64,000 bases of DNA from Glaucostegus cemiculus (taxonomy: Eukaryota), in contig CDPCPM010000014.1 of the NCBI GenBank assembly GCA_976551045.1, positions 10,664,001 to 10,728,000 on the forward strand, given 5' to 3'. The translations under genes were made by a program, and so were the position numbers. Of this stretch, positions 38,486 through 51,720 are shown piece after piece; within the stretch, counting starts at the first letter, position 1; the number at the start of each line of letters is the position of its first letter. The notes below the pieces were generated by a model. The model saw only the letters and a list, made by a program, of their open reading frames with translations, was not told the origin of the DNA and did no database searches.

Positions 38486-39346
38486 ATTAGGAAGTTTACA
38501 AATGACATCAAAACTGGTGGTGTGGTGGACAGTATAGAAGGTTATTTAAGGTTACAACAGGATCGAGATCAACTGGGAAAGTGGGCAAATGAATGGCAGA
38601 TGGAATTTAACTCAGACAAATACGAAGTGATGCCTTTTGGGAAACAACAGGTCCCTGGCGGGGACTTATAGAACAGAGAGTCCCAGGGGTATAAGTACAT
38701 AGTTCCCGGAAAGAGATAATGCAGGTAGACAAAGTGGTGAAGAAGGCGAATGACATGCTTGGATGAAGCATTGAGTACAAGAGTTGGAATGTCATGTTAC
38801 AGCCATATAGGATGTTGGTGGAATATTGTGTGCATTTCTTGTCCCTAGCTATAGGAAAGGTGTCACTAAGCTGGAAAGAGTGCAGAAAAGATTCTCAAGG
38901 ATTTTGCTGGGACTTGAGTTATGAAGAAAGACTGGAGAGCCAGGAGGTATTTTCCCTGGAGTGAAGGAGGCTTGGGGGTGACCTTGTAGAGGTTTGTAAA
39001 TTCATGAGGGGCTTAGATAAGGTGGGTGATAACAATCTTGTTCCCAAGGTAGGGGTGTCTAAAACTAGAAGGCATAGGTTTAAGATGAGAGGAGAAAGAT
39101 TGAAAGGGGACCCAAGAGGTGAGTTTTTCACAGAAAGGGTGGCAAGTAAATAGAACGAGCTGCCAGAGGAAGTGGCAGAGGTGGGTGCCATTACAATTAA
39201 ATTACATACAATCTGGACAGGTTCATGAATAGGAAAAGTTGAGAGGGATATTGTCCAAATGCAGGCAAATGGACTACCTCGGAGGCACCTTGGTCAGCAA
39301 GGACGAGTTGGGCTGAAGGCCCGGTTTCTGTGCTCTTTGACTCTAT
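38486..39346 (+). mobile_element. CR1 3' fragment
   Basis: KFTNDIKTGGVVDS...WQMEFNSDK; ends gggctgaaggcccggtttctgtgctctttgactcta. Confidence 0.9.
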
Positions 39347-39824
39347 ATCCTTCTCAAATACATATATATTTTTCCTTTGATCATTACTGCTGGACTTGCT
39401 TTCACCACCTTCTCAGGCAGCGCACTCCAGATCCTCTCTGCTCGCTGAGTTAAAATCCACATCTCCACTTCAATTAACACCAGAATGAATGTTTCGGAGT
39501 ACTGAAGGAAACTCAGAATTCAAAGGTAAAGTCTGGTAAAAAGTCTAAGTTTCTGAGTGTGTATTGAAAAGAGGAACAGGGGCAAGTGAGCCTGATCCAG
39601 AACAGATGTAAGATGGTTTTGGCAAAACCTGAGGCGTTAATGCCAGAGAAGAAATGATGAGACACATCTAATCTTACCCTACCACCCCCCTCACCCACCC
39701 CCAGCCGCCCAAGATTCAGTAATTCTAACCTGATGTACTGGAAGTACAATCTCCCAGACTGTCATTCTTTGGAAATTAAAGTTGAACTTTGATGCTAGTG
39801 GATTTGAACTGAAAGTTGAGATGT

Positions 39825-40360
39825 CTTACTACAATGATACTTGGACTTGGTGAGACCACACCTGGAGTAATATGTGTTGTTTAGGTCTTCTTACAAAACA
39901 TATACTTTCTTACAGAAGAAATGCTTCAAATTTTCATAAACCATTTGTTGAGTGGCATGTCTGTCATGTGAGGAGAAATTGAGGAGGCTAGGCCTCTGTT
40001 CTTGAGAGTTTAGAATAATGAGATGACCTCATTGAAATACATAAAATTTTTAGAAAGCTAGATGTCAGGAGGATGTTTCTTCCTTATTTTTGAGCTTAGA
40101 AATAGTGTCAAAATAAAGTCTAGGCCTTCTAGGACTGAAATGAGAAATTTAACTATGTAGATGGTGGTGAATCTTCGGAACTCACTAGCAGAGATGGGGT
40201 TTGGTCATTGATTTTATTCGGAACTGAGAGCAATAGATTTCTGGATATTAGAGGAATTGAGGGATAAGGGGTAGGGCAGTAAAATGGTTCTTCTGGTAAA
40301 AGATCAGCATGTTGAACAAAGGAACAGAATCCAAGGGTGAAATGGACCAGAACTCCTAGT
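39825..40360 (+). mobile_element. Decayed CR1 3' fragment
   Basis: cttggtgagaccacacctggagta (LVRPHLE), gatgacctcattgaaa, gtggtgaatcttcggaa. Confidence 0.75.
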
Positions 40361-41229
40361 GTTAATTACCCAAATACTTCAAATGAACTGGTTTTAGGAC
40401 AAAAACCTCAAAACTAAGAGGAACAATCTTCCTCTGACTGACAAGCTCCCTCATTGCCTTTCCTCAGCTGCCAATGTTTTATTTTGGAGCAAACTTCAGG
40501 CACAGTTGTCCACTGGGAAGCTGATTAGTGAAGCCCCCTGGAGCACAGGCATTCTCTAAAGACAAGTGCCAGGTTCCAATCCCAGATGGCACTGATATCC
40601 TCTCCCAGTTTACTGGATGTCAAAGATGGCATTGGGGTTGATTGTGAATGCTTTTGACATTCAAAAACATTCAAATAATAAACCATTATTAATGTAAATA
40701 TATTTTTTAAAAATAAATGAATTAAACACCAGAGCACAAGTAAAAACAATTAAATGTGTTTAATTAACTGAATGAAATTTGTAAAAGAAGATATTTCTGT
40801 CCTTGTAATTTCTGTTCATGTTCTGTCCTTGCCCTTTTCTTCTTGAAATCAACAGACTTGCCCCAGACCCAGCTAATGGATTTCCAGCCCAACGGTTGGG
40901 AAGTAAATGGAAGTTAGCCCAATTTCATCTTGTACTGTCCAAGATTGTTGGGCAGCAGAACAAAATTCCAGACACTGTGATTGGGAGACCCAACCTACAA
41001 CCCTTTTAAGCAAAAGGTCCAACCCAATGTGTTCAGGGAACCAAAGGCTGAGAAGGGAACTGGATATGGAGAAAGAGCATGTCAATACTTGTCAATAATC
41101 AAGAGCATGTCAATAGTCATAATGGAGGAGAGTTTTAGGAAGTAAAAACAAGTGCAGGAAAATCTCGAGCTCAATCAGCACCTGTGAAGAGATCAAGTAG
41201 ATTGAGCTATCGAGCTTAATCCTTAAATA

Positions 41230-41475
41230 CAGGCAACCCCTGGGTTACGGGGGTGGGGGGCGGGGTTGCATTCTCAGAAAACTGCCTGCATTGCAATTTT
41301 CTGAAATGCAAAGCCACATTTGCACATTCATTAAGAAATGGGAGTTGGGGAAAATTTTGACGCAAATTCCCTGAGAGCAAATTTTCATTTCACATCTCAG
41401 ATTTTATTGGTAGTGATCTGTGAATTCTGTAGGGGTGAATCATTAGCTGAATAGCAGTAACACCGGGGTTGCCTG
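41230..41475. mobile_element. pogo/Tigger-like MITE with TA TSD
   Basis: ta|caggcaacccctgggttac ... gtaacaccggggttgcctg|ta; the terminal inverted repeat (TIR) matches at 17 of 19. Confidence 0.88.
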
Positions 41476-41676
41476 TAGTTTACTTGCCAGATCTGCTTTC
41501 CAGATTTCCCACATCTGCATTTTTTTTAATTTCTGAAGTCTAGGCTGTAGAAGCATCAATTGCTTTGCCATATTAACTGTCTGATCAACCTGTGGATGGA
41601 AATTTCAGACACTTGAACTGATTTATACAACTATGAGGCAGGCTGCACGGCATCTTCAGACAACATTCTGGGACGG

Positions 41677-41935
41677 AGATGCAAGCGATTGCAGAAGCTG
41701 GAATCTGGAGCAAAAAATAAACTGCTGGAAGAACTCAGCAGTGCAAGCAGCATCTGTGGAGGCAGAGAGATGGTTGATGTTTCTGGCTGAGAGCTTGCAT
41801 TAGGACTGAGAGAGTAGCGGGGAGATAGCCAGTACATAGAAGTGAGAAAGGGACTGGTTGGTAATAGATGGAACTAGATGGGAGAGTGTGTGGATAGTGG
41901 GCAGATGGAACCAGTTGGGGGAGGGTGCTAAAATG
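41677..41935 (-). mobile_element. PLE pLTR (family B)
   Basis: gctggaatctggagcaaaaaataaactgctggaagaactcagc... is collinear with 19621-19870. Confidence 0.85.
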
Positions 41936-41953
41936 GAAGTTTATTATTAAGTG

Positions 41954-42170
41954 CAGGACCTGCCCGGGTTACAGCAGGGTTCTGTTCCTGTGTAGTGTGA
42001 ACCCAAACAGTACGCAAGTCAGAAATCTGGCCGTGAATTGTGTTTCCACCTAGCAGAAGATGCCTGCAGCCTCACAGGAGCCAGCAAATCCATCCCGCTG
42101 GTCTCGCTAAAGCTCATTCATATGTACAGGCTAGACAGAAGTCTGGTGTTCATAACCTGGGGAGGACCTG
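41954..42170. mobile_element. Second pogo/Tigger-like MITE
   Basis: caggacctgcccgggtta ... taacctggggaggacctg inverted ends resemble the TIR at 41230; the flanks read tg/ca rather than ta. Confidence 0.7.
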
Positions 42171-42242
42171 CACAGTGCTTAGTATTTATCATGAATCATG
42201 ATACAACTTGGAAGCAGTGGGGAAGGTTGCTTATGTTTAAGT

Positions 42243-42410
42243 AAAACAGAAAATGCTGGAAATACTCAGCATTTGTGAAAACAGAAACGTGCAGGTTAAT
42301 CCTTTATCAAACTGAAACATTAACTGTTTCTCTTTCTACAAAGGCCGCCTGAATATCTCCAGCATTTTCTGTTCTTATTTATTATTTCTACCATCTGCAG
42401 TAATTTGCTT
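42243..42410. mobile_element. PLE-derived fold-back mini-element (family A)
   Basis: aacagaaaatgctggaaatactcag ... ctgaatatctccagcattttctgtt inverted arms. Confidence 0.75.
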
Positions 42411-43444
42411 ACAAATGTGGAGTTCCTGGACTGGACCCATCTTTTTATAAGTTGCCATTTTATCCCTCCAGTTAATCTTCACTGCAGTTTGTAAATTGTG
42501 TTTCTTTAAGTTAGGATGCTCTCTTTAAAAAGTGCAATCCAGGTAAACTTCTTATCAAAAAGCAATTTGTGTCATGATTCTGAGTACTGGCCCTTGATTT
42601 GGTTCCTTAGATGCCTTGTTGTACAGCACATGGATTCCATGCTGGACTGATTGTATAATGATGCACACCTGAGCCCCATCAGGGGCCTAGCATAAGTACC
42701 TGGGTTTCTCTAGCACTAGTTGCCAGAGGATTGGTCAACCTTTGGGTATACTTCAGTTCCTAGCTGCTTAGAGTGGTCTCCGGAGCAGTCCTGTGTTCTC
42801 TATCCCTGCTTAAAGATTCAGTTTGTGTTGGGATTACTACTCAGATCTCTGAGGCAAGATTTCTTTCCAATTGCTGCCTGTGTTTGGTCCTGAGGAAGTA
42901 TCCTGACTCCAGTCTTGTACCAGTGTGCTGCATTTGGGTTCTCTGTGATCTTGCCCTTCAATCAACATTGTAACAATTTGGGGTCTCACTGTTAAGTTTG
43001 TATTGCTTAGGACAATCATATTGGTCTTGCATTATCAATGTTCCCATGTGAGATGAGAATATCAAACAAAATACATGACACTGACTTATAATGAAGTATT
43101 TCTCAACTGCACAATCTGTTATACAGTCATAGTTATACAGCATAGAAACAGGCCCTTCAGCCCACTGGTCCATGCAACAGGTAATGCCCAAACAATGAAG
43201 TTGCCATGTTTTTTCTAGTGAAATGAAAGCTATATTAAATATCTCTTGTTTTCTATAATCCATGAAAGTTCAGCATCTGAAGGGGAAGGTGCTGGGCAAG
43301 AGAGAAGATAATGAGTGCAATATTGAGTATACAATTCCTTTGTTCTAGGAAACCATGAGGAGCTACCAGGTCACATGACATTACCTTTACTGCATTCATC
43401 ATTCATTGTGAAGGTGGCTCACTGCTTTCTTTCCAATCAACAGA

Positions 43445-43761
43445 ATAGAACATAGAACATAGAACAATACAGCACAGAACAGGCCCTTCGGCCCATCAAG
43501 CTGTGCCCTCCTACAAACATCTCCCAAACTAACTCTTTCCACCCTCATATCCTACTATTCCACATTCTTCCATGTGCTTATCTAACAATCTCTTAAACCT
43601 GTCCAATGTATCTGCCTCCACTACCACCCCAGGCAGTGCATTCCATGCACCAACCACTCTCTGGGTGAAAAACTTCCCTCTGACATCTCCCCTATACTTT
43701 CCACCAATTATCTTAAAGGCATGCCCTCTCGTCTTGAGCATCTGCGCTCTGGGAAAGAGGC
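43445..43761 (-). mobile_element. CR1 3' end, same family as 2085-5366
   Basis: Peptide LFPRAQM...GDVRGKFFTQRVVGAWNALPG...EECGIVGYEGGKS is nearly identical to ORF 4792..5289; (ttctatg)n tail. Confidence 0.95.
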
Positions 43762-44599
43762 AAATGATATATTCCATTAGCCAAGAGGAAGAATTTATCT
43801 TCAGTATTTTACTTCCCACTTCAAATGTCTTACATTTGTATGATTTTATTAAACAATTTTTTTCTCATCCCCCTCCATTTTTATTTGTTTTTTCTTTATA
43901 TCTCATTTTATGTTCATATCTTGCATAATGCTGCTCACATGTTTTTGGTTGTTTCTATGAAAATTTGTCAATTTTCTCATGCCTCTTTTTTGTCCGTGTC
44001 TGATTCAGCTTTCCCTCACAAGTACGTTCCCATTTCTAACTTCCCCATTTCTGGGCTTTTCTCATCCTGCAGCTTTCCTGTCACAAATCCTCAATCATTC
44101 ATCTTTCATTTTAATATTTCTTCTGCTCAGCTTGATCTACTTACAGTTACTCTACCTTTTCTTTTCCCTTTCCAGCTTGGTTATTATACCTCTAATTACT
44201 TTAGAATCCCCACCACCACCTTGTTTCTGACCAACTGACTCTAGTCCTTAATTCCCTCATTTCCAGATTACAAGTTCTTATCCAGCACTCCCCTTTCCAC
44301 TCAGTCAACTTGCTGCTTTGTACAAATTTCAGCCCACAAGATAAAAGATACAATAGTAATTCAAAAGGAGGTGGGAGTGGATGGTAAATTAGATAACTAC
44401 CCTCCCAAAAAATAGTAGGACTTTGGGATCTCCATGTGTGAGAAACATGCAGCTGGGACTTCTGATGCAGCTCATTTACATAAAGCCATCCTCAAGCTTG
44501 GCTGACACCCACACAAACACCAGGCAAAGGCTATCTCCAGCAAGACCAAATCTAACCATCCATTCTGAAAAGAGGTTTACTGAAGAATACTGGATCAAC

Positions 44600-44910
44600 A
44601 GCCAGATTTCTGGACCATTGATCCAACAACACAAATTTGAATCACAACTTTACACTAAGAATTTGAGTTCAATGAATTAATTACATATTTTTATTTAGAA
44701 AAACTAGTCTCCATAAATACTTCCATGAAACTAGACTGCAAAAACCTATCTGGTTCACTGATAGCTTTCAGATAGGGAAGACTGCTACATTTACCCTTTC
44801 TGGCTTCTGTGTGACTCTAGAGCCATTAATGTGATTGGCTTTTAATTGACAGTAAGATGCAGTTAAGGATGGGTAATAAATGCTGGCCATTTCTGAGATT
44901 TCGTCATATG
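44600..44910 (+). mobile_element. Old SINE, same family as 12800-13160
   Basis: ccatgaaact, tggttcactg, tgtgactctag and aataaatgctggcc occur in the same order. Confidence 0.55.
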
Positions 44911-45049
44911 AGTTGGCTATAATATATAGGGACATTGCATTCAAGAGTATGACATTAAACAGGCAACAGCCAACATTCATGGGATTAATCCATAGTTTAC
45001 AGCAAACACATCCCTTCAAGGCACAAAAACCCAACAGGGTAAGTGGTCC

Positions 45050-46400
45050 CACAGTGGCTAATGAGAGAAATCAAAAACTGCATTAAATCAAAGGGTTTTA
45101 ACCTTAACAGAATTCTGCAAAGAAAATCATTAGAAAAGGAAAGATACAAGAGTAAAAGTTTCTGTAGATATGGAATTAGGAAATGAATATGAACCAATGA
45201 GCAAAAATTAATATGGGTCCCTTACAGACCAAGAAAGGAGAATTTATATTTGAAATAAGGAAATCATATATAAACTAAACAAATACGTACTTCTTTCTGC
45301 CTTCATAGAAGGCACCGAAAGCCTCCCATAAATAGTGGAGAACAACAGGTCACGAGTGAATAAGGAGCCAAAGGAATTAGAATTAGTGCAAATGAAGTAA
45401 TGCAGAATTTAATGAACTGAAAGCCAGCAAATTCCCAAGATGTGATGCCCTGCATTCTAAGGTTTTGACGATGGAGTCTGTGGGTGTAGTGATTGTCGTC
45501 TCCCAAAATTCCATAGATTCTTGAACTGTTTCCACAAATTGGAAAGTAGCAAATTTAACCCCGCCATTTAAAAAATAGAGAGAGAAAACAGGAATTACAG
45601 ATTGGTTAGACATCAGTAGTAGGGAAAATACTGGATCTATTATCAATGAAGTGGTAACAGAATAGTCACAAAATAGTAATAGGGATTGGGCAGAGTCAAC
45701 ATTATTTATAACAGGGAAATAATGTTTGATAAGTCTGTTCAAGCTTTAAGGCTGTAACTATAGAGTAGACAATAGTGTGTATATGGTATATTTAGACCTC
45801 TGAATGCATGCCAGACAAGTAGGTATTTTATAAAATTACAGCTTGCCCGATTGGGGTAACCTACTGCCAAGGATCAAGGATCTATCAACTGATAGGAATA
45901 AATGAGTTATGTGTCATGAGATTATTATGGGTCAGGTGTCATAGGGATCACTGCTGGGGCCAGAGCTGTTATCAGAGATTTGAATGAGGGGGCCAGGTGT
46001 AATTTTCCCCCAGGTTATCTGATGCTACAAAGCTGGATGCCCGTGTACTTTGTGAGGAGGATGCAGAAGGGCTTCAAGGGGATATAGACAGGCTATGTGA
46101 ATGGGTGATGACATGGCAGATGGAAAGTAATGTGGAAAGATGTGAGGTCATAAATATCCTTCAGTAGCAAAGTCTAGGAAAGCAGAATATTTTATCTTAA
46201 ATGGTGAGAGATTGTAACGTATTGGTGTCCTGTTGGGTTTTTGTCCAATAACTGAAAGTTAACATGCAGATACACCAAGCCATTAGGAAGGCAAACAGTC
46301 TTTCAGCTTTAATTACAGATGGATTTGAATACAAGAACCTTGAATGGCAGAGCAGGCAAGATGGATCAGATGACCTACTCCTGCTTCTATTTCTTATGTT
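45050..46400 (+). mobile_element. Decayed CR1 ORF2 and 3' UTR
   Basis: Remnants tggaaagtagcaaatttaacccc, gggatcactgctggggcc and tggcagatggaa; end gacctactcctgcttctatttcttatgt. Confidence 0.8.
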
Positions 46401-46479
46401 AAAGGAAACAAGCATTCAGTGTTCGATCTGTCATCCAATCCATATATACAGCATACCATTGCTTACAGTGAATGCAGAA

Positions 46480-47090
46480 ATTTGGAACGATATTTCTAAA
46501 TGGCAAAGAGCATGAGACGGTGGAGGTCTGAAGAAAATGAATGACATTTTCATTAAATACATAGATCACAACATCATTGGTACAACAATCAATTTGGGAG
46601 AGAACCATGTTAGCCTTTATTGAAAAAGAATTTAAGTACAAGAGTAGGGATATCTTACTGCAATCATATAGAACTATGCTGAGACCACATTTGGAATATT
46701 GCATTTTCTCAAGGGAGGATATACTTAACACAGGAGTGCAATGAAGATTGGAATGGTGGGTTCGTTGTATGAAGAGATATTAAGCAGATTGGGCCTATAT
46801 TCTTGAGAAAAATAAGAGGTGACCTCATCAAAGCATATGAAATTCTTCAAGAACTAGACTGGGTAGCTGTTGGAGCATCTGGAACCAAAGGTCTTAGTTT
46901 CATAACAATAATAAATAAATTCTCTTTATTCTGAATGCAGTGAATCTTTGGAATTCCCCAAACCAGAGGGCAGTAAAGACTCGGTTACTGAGTAAATTAA
47001 AGATATATAGATTCTTAGTTATTAAGGGAGTCAGGTTATATGGGTTTAGTGTAGGAAATTGGTGCTGAGCTGAAAGATCAGCCATGATCT
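46480..47090 (+). mobile_element. Decayed CR1 3' fragment
   Basis: gagaccacatttggaatattg, agaggtgacctcatcaaagca, gtgaatctttggaattc and agatcagccatgatct. Confidence 0.75.
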
Positions 47091-48049
47091 AGTCTTCTCT
47101 TTCCTTCTACCCATATTGATTTGTCGTATCAACTTAATTTTATTGCAGTTCCATAATCAAGAATAGCTTCATCTGACAGATGTAGAACCTGGTCTCTGGC
47201 ATTTCATGAGTGTAATTGAATCACTATTGTCCTTTGGTCTTATCCTCCCATCAGGCGTAGAAGTTGTTCAAGTGGTGTAACTGTCAACAACTGAATTTGA
47301 AGGGCTATAATAGACAATAATGAGATTTAAAACCCTTTATATTGTGCTAGCAAATTAGACATGGTTCAGCAACAATTAAGTGTAATTAAAATTTTTACAG
47401 TGGTCCCATTAAATATAACTGACACAGGTACTGCACAGATGAGAGACAGATTAAAGCTCTCACCCAACACCATAAAAAATCCATAAATGAGGAGCACCAT
47501 GAGTTAGAATGAAAACTGTCTCCAACCAGTGCCAGCTCAGATAATGTACATGTGCAGCATATCAGGTCTCTGATATTAACCTGTGAAGCACATCAGTTTA
47601 GGTGCACATATTAAACATATAGAATGAAAAGCCTCCATACATGCCAATGAGAAGGCAGCTGGCTTTAAACACAGGTTAAAGCCCTGCACTAATGGCAATC
47701 TCTGTAAAGTCCATCACTTCAATTATTGAAACATTTTGTTTCAATTGAGATTTTTGGTTCTAACCAAAAAATGTGTTTGGCCATACAATTACCATTCTCC
47801 AGTCTCAACTTATGTGATGATGACTTGACTTATCTTTCTCCATAGATACTGATCACTTCAACAGTATTTTAATAAATCTGCAAATAATGCTAATTCTAGA
47901 ATCAGTAACAGGTACACAGTAGAAGAGTTTGGCAATGAACACCATGTGATTGTATGACTTGCATTTATATTAAATTGTTCTTTTTTCCTAATTAAATGAA
48001 CTAAAGGCACTCACAGCACCAGTCTGCAGTCCACTTCCTCCCAAAGTAG

Positions 48050-48645
48050 AGAATCATAAGAGTTGTACAGTGCAGAAATGGGCTCTTCGCCCATGTTGTC
48101 CATGCTGACTTTTTTGCCCATTTACACTAATCACATTTGCTAGCATTAGGTCTCTATCCCTTTACACCTTGCCTATTTAAGTGTCCATCTAAATGTCTCT
48201 TAATTAAATGTAGTGATTGTATCTGACTCTATAACCTCCTCTGGAAGTATGTTCCAGTTACCAACCACACCCTGTGTAACAAACTTTCCCCCCAAATCCC
48301 CTGTAAAACACCTTCCTCTCACCTTAAACCTATGCCCCTACCATGGGAAAAAGACTCTGATTCTCTTATAATTTTATGTCTCTGTCAGGTCACCCCCCTC
48401 AGCCTACTTCAGATCAGGAAAAACAAACCCAGCCTCTCCAATCTCTCCTATAACTGAAGTCCTCCAGTCCAAACAACAACCTTATGTATCTCCTTTGCAC
48501 TCTCTCCAGTGCAACCACACTCTTCCTACCATGTGGCAACCAATTGTGAGGACAATATTCTAATTGCAATCTAACCAGTCTTTGGTAAATGTTTCAACAT
48601 TGTCCCAACTTTTATATTCTATGCCTGATATATGAAGGCAAGCAT
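48050..48645 (-). mobile_element. Decayed CR1 3' fragment
   Basis: gaatcataagagttgtacagtgcagaaatgg tail; cctctcaccttaaacctatgcccct; ctttgcactctctccagtgc. Confidence 0.8.
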
Positions 48646-48685
48646 CAATGGACAAGATAAAGATTAAACCTCTGTCTCAACAATC

Positions 48686-49067
48686 TCAACAGGAAGATCT
48701 TCAGGGTCAATTTCATTGCTTTGTTCTGCCCTTGCCTCAAGAATGCAGTTAAAGTATAATTGAGCTGCATAGTGGAGGGCAATATGGTCTTCAAAGATTG
48801 TGGCAGGGCTGCACTGTAATGCAGCTTTCTAATCTACAAGCACCTGAAAAGTTACTTAGGCTCCATGGTAGCTGTAAATACCTGCTATTTGTTCCTATCA
48901 CAAATGTACAAGCTTGGATCATTTGGATCAAAAAGAAGGAATCATTGCTGGAATACGTCTTCAGTACAGTGTAGACTTACCTCTAAAGTATTTTACGTGA
49001 GAGTTAAGCTATCAATTTATTGCACTTGAAGAGATAAGGTCATTTAGTCATCAGTCAGCTGGTGTTC
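48686..49067 (+). repeat. 382-bp direct repeat, copy 1
   Basis: Collinear with 50146-50527 at offset 1460; about 17 substitutions and no indels by eye. Confidence 0.97.
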
Positions 49068-50145
49068 ATCTCAGCAAGGTCTGTTTTGATTGGACTTCAA
49101 TGAATCCCTCACCTTAATAATCATGGGCACAAGCCACTTCAGCCTGTCTTCAAAAGTTAGAGGTCTCGTCAAAGCAGATGTGCAGTGAATACAGTGACCT
49201 TTCTCCAATTCCAGTAGGCACGATGATGACTTCACACCTCCTTAAGACTTCTATATCTATATTAAATTTGTATATGTTTGTAATGAATTGTATTTATATG
49301 AAATTGTTCTTCTTCCTTTTCCTCTACTTACATGGACTAAAGTTTGTCCCTGGTCCAGCTCCACCCCATAGTGATTCCACTATTTAACCAGCAGCTTAAA
49401 CTTTTCTCCAGTTGACAACATAGAGGAAGGAGACCCAATGACAAAGCAGCCATTATCTATATCATAGTGAAGCCCTTCCCACTCAAAAGGTTGCATGGTA
49501 ACACGGCTATGCTCTCCCTCTGGTGTAGAATCTTATTAACATGATTGCATGTTGTAAAATCTGTCCTGTCCTCCAAAATATTGAACCCTCCAAATGATTA
49601 CATAAACCCTTGCCATACTCCAATCTGAGATCCCATTATTCAATTTTTTTCATGACTACCTCTTATTATACATGAGAACATTGCCCCTCTCTTTATATTA
49701 GGCAGTTTCTGTCCCTCCTGCCCTGTCAGTGTGAGGCAATTGGAGGAAATGGTGTATCATTTGAGGCATACAATCTCCTCTGTGTTAAGAAAGTAATACA
49801 TTCCCAAAAGACGGGAGGCAATTCATAGGAAATAAGTAGCGGGATCGTCAGGACTAACGGGCTGTAAAACTATCAAAACATTAATACAGACTTGAATAAT
49901 AAGAGGATTTTTGATGAGTTAATGTGTTGCTACGAATATTGGAACATAACAGAGACAGCAGGGTTGGTACTTTGGACCATCTGGATGGAAATAGAACCAT
50001 AGAATCATTACCATGTGGAAGGAGGCCATTCAACCCATCAGGTTCATTGGCCCACAAACGGTTCAGCGGAGCAGTTACTTAATACACCAGGTTTATTCAA
50101 TTTCCATTGATGAAACTCTGATGTACTTCTAGCTGTAAAGAACTA

Positions 50146-50527
50146 TCAACAGGAAGATCTTCAGGGTAAATTTCATTGCTTTGCTCTGCCCTTGCCTCAA
50201 GAATGCAGTTAAAGTATAATTGAGCTGCATAGTAGAGGGCAATATGGTCTTCAAAGATTGTGGCAGGGCTGCACTGTAATGCAGCCTTCTAATCTACAAG
50301 CACCTGAATAGTTACATGGGCTCCATGGTAGCTGTAAATACCTGCTATTTGTTCCTATCACAAATGTACAAGCTTTGATCATTTGAATCAAAAAGAAGGA
50401 ATCATTGCTGGAATATGTCTTTAGTACAGTGTAGACTTACCTCTAAATTATTTTACGTGAGAGCTAAGCTATCAATTTGTTGCACTTAAAGAGTTAAGGA
50501 CATTTAGTCATCAGTCAGCTGGTGTTC
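50146..50527 (+). repeat. 382-bp direct repeat, copy 2
   Basis: Runs tcaacaggaagatcttcaggg ... cagtcagctggtgttc, matching copy 1. Confidence 0.97.
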
Positions 50528-51544
50528 TGCCAGGAACAAATAGCATCTTAAAAAGAAGGAATCATTGCTACTATTTGGGACCCTATACCAACTTAGGTTG
50601 CTGATTCCTGGATGCCTGTAGATTGAGTAAATGAAGCTTCTCACAGTTTATAAACTGCATACAAAAGTTTGTATCAGCAAAGGAACAACATCAGTAATGC
50701 CCTGAATGAGAATTTGCCCAGTGGTTAATTAATGACAGTTCAACTTTGTAATTTTAAATATATTTTATTATTATTTTAGTGCTGACTTTGTGAAAATATA
50801 AAGGCATATAGGGAAGTTGAGAACAAACATGACTTTTTTCTCCAGCTGTATGTTTGACTCAAAAATTGTGCACCATCCCTTTACTGAGTGGTTCTATGCT
50901 TATAAGAACAACTTCATAAAGTGTTTTAATATTTTTAACTTTTATGATGGGTTAAGATAGTATGATTTAAACAGATATTTGGTAGTATAGAAAAGCAAGT
51001 ATAATTCTGGAATAATGGTTGTTTATTTTGTGTAAGACCTAATAGCATCTATAAATATCTACTTCAACCTAACTTTGACCAATACAGAGCAGTATCATCA
51101 CACAATACAAAACTCCAGCACAAAGGTCAGCCATAAATGATGCCACTTGACATTTTCTAAATTATATTAAACACATTGAGCTCCAGAAATAGTAAAAATA
51201 GCATCTTCTATTATTCTGGATTATTTTAATCAGTATTTTTTTCAAGGGAGTTAATTGGCTTATAACTTTTGGAACAGATATTTTATTGATACGATTCTGC
51301 TTCACTGAGTCCTTCTTCAGACTGAAAGGTTTCAGTTGATCTATTTGCTGAGCTCACAGTGGTGGTTCGAAACACTGAGAAAAGCTGAAGGCAGCTGACC
51401 ATTGGTACAATTATTCTCCATAGTTTCTCTGAAAAACCTCCTGATATCTTCAGTAAACCTCCAACCTTTGCTTTCAAAATATTTCTCAAGGTTTTATAGA
51501 CTAATAACATAAATGTTCTGTTCATTAAATAATAGGCATAGCTA

Positions 51545-51720
51545 AAAGCAAAGGTACAGGAAATTTAAAATGTAAACTAACGATGCAGTATCAACATGTC
51601 AGGTTGCATCTGTGGAAAGATGAAAAAAGTTAATGTTTTAACATGATGAACATGCATCAAAACAAGGAAACACAAGAGATGAAATTTTTAAACAAATACA
51701 GGGCGAGCTAAAATTGAGTA
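51545..51720 (-). mobile_element. Decayed PLE pLTR (family A)
   Basis: gtcaggttgcatctgtggaaaga...agttaatgtttt resembles the other pLTR copies. Confidence 0.45.

Noticed and set aside
40440-40640. LF-SINE-like remnant (similar hints near 18350, 55530 and 58900)
   Set aside because: Similarity is limited to short words and cannot be supported without an alignment.
48686-50527. 382-bp direct repeats as paired LTRs of a small LTR element
   Set aside because: No TG...CA ends, TIR, TSD, primer-binding site or polypurine tract is visible; the interior holds unrelated CR1 scraps.
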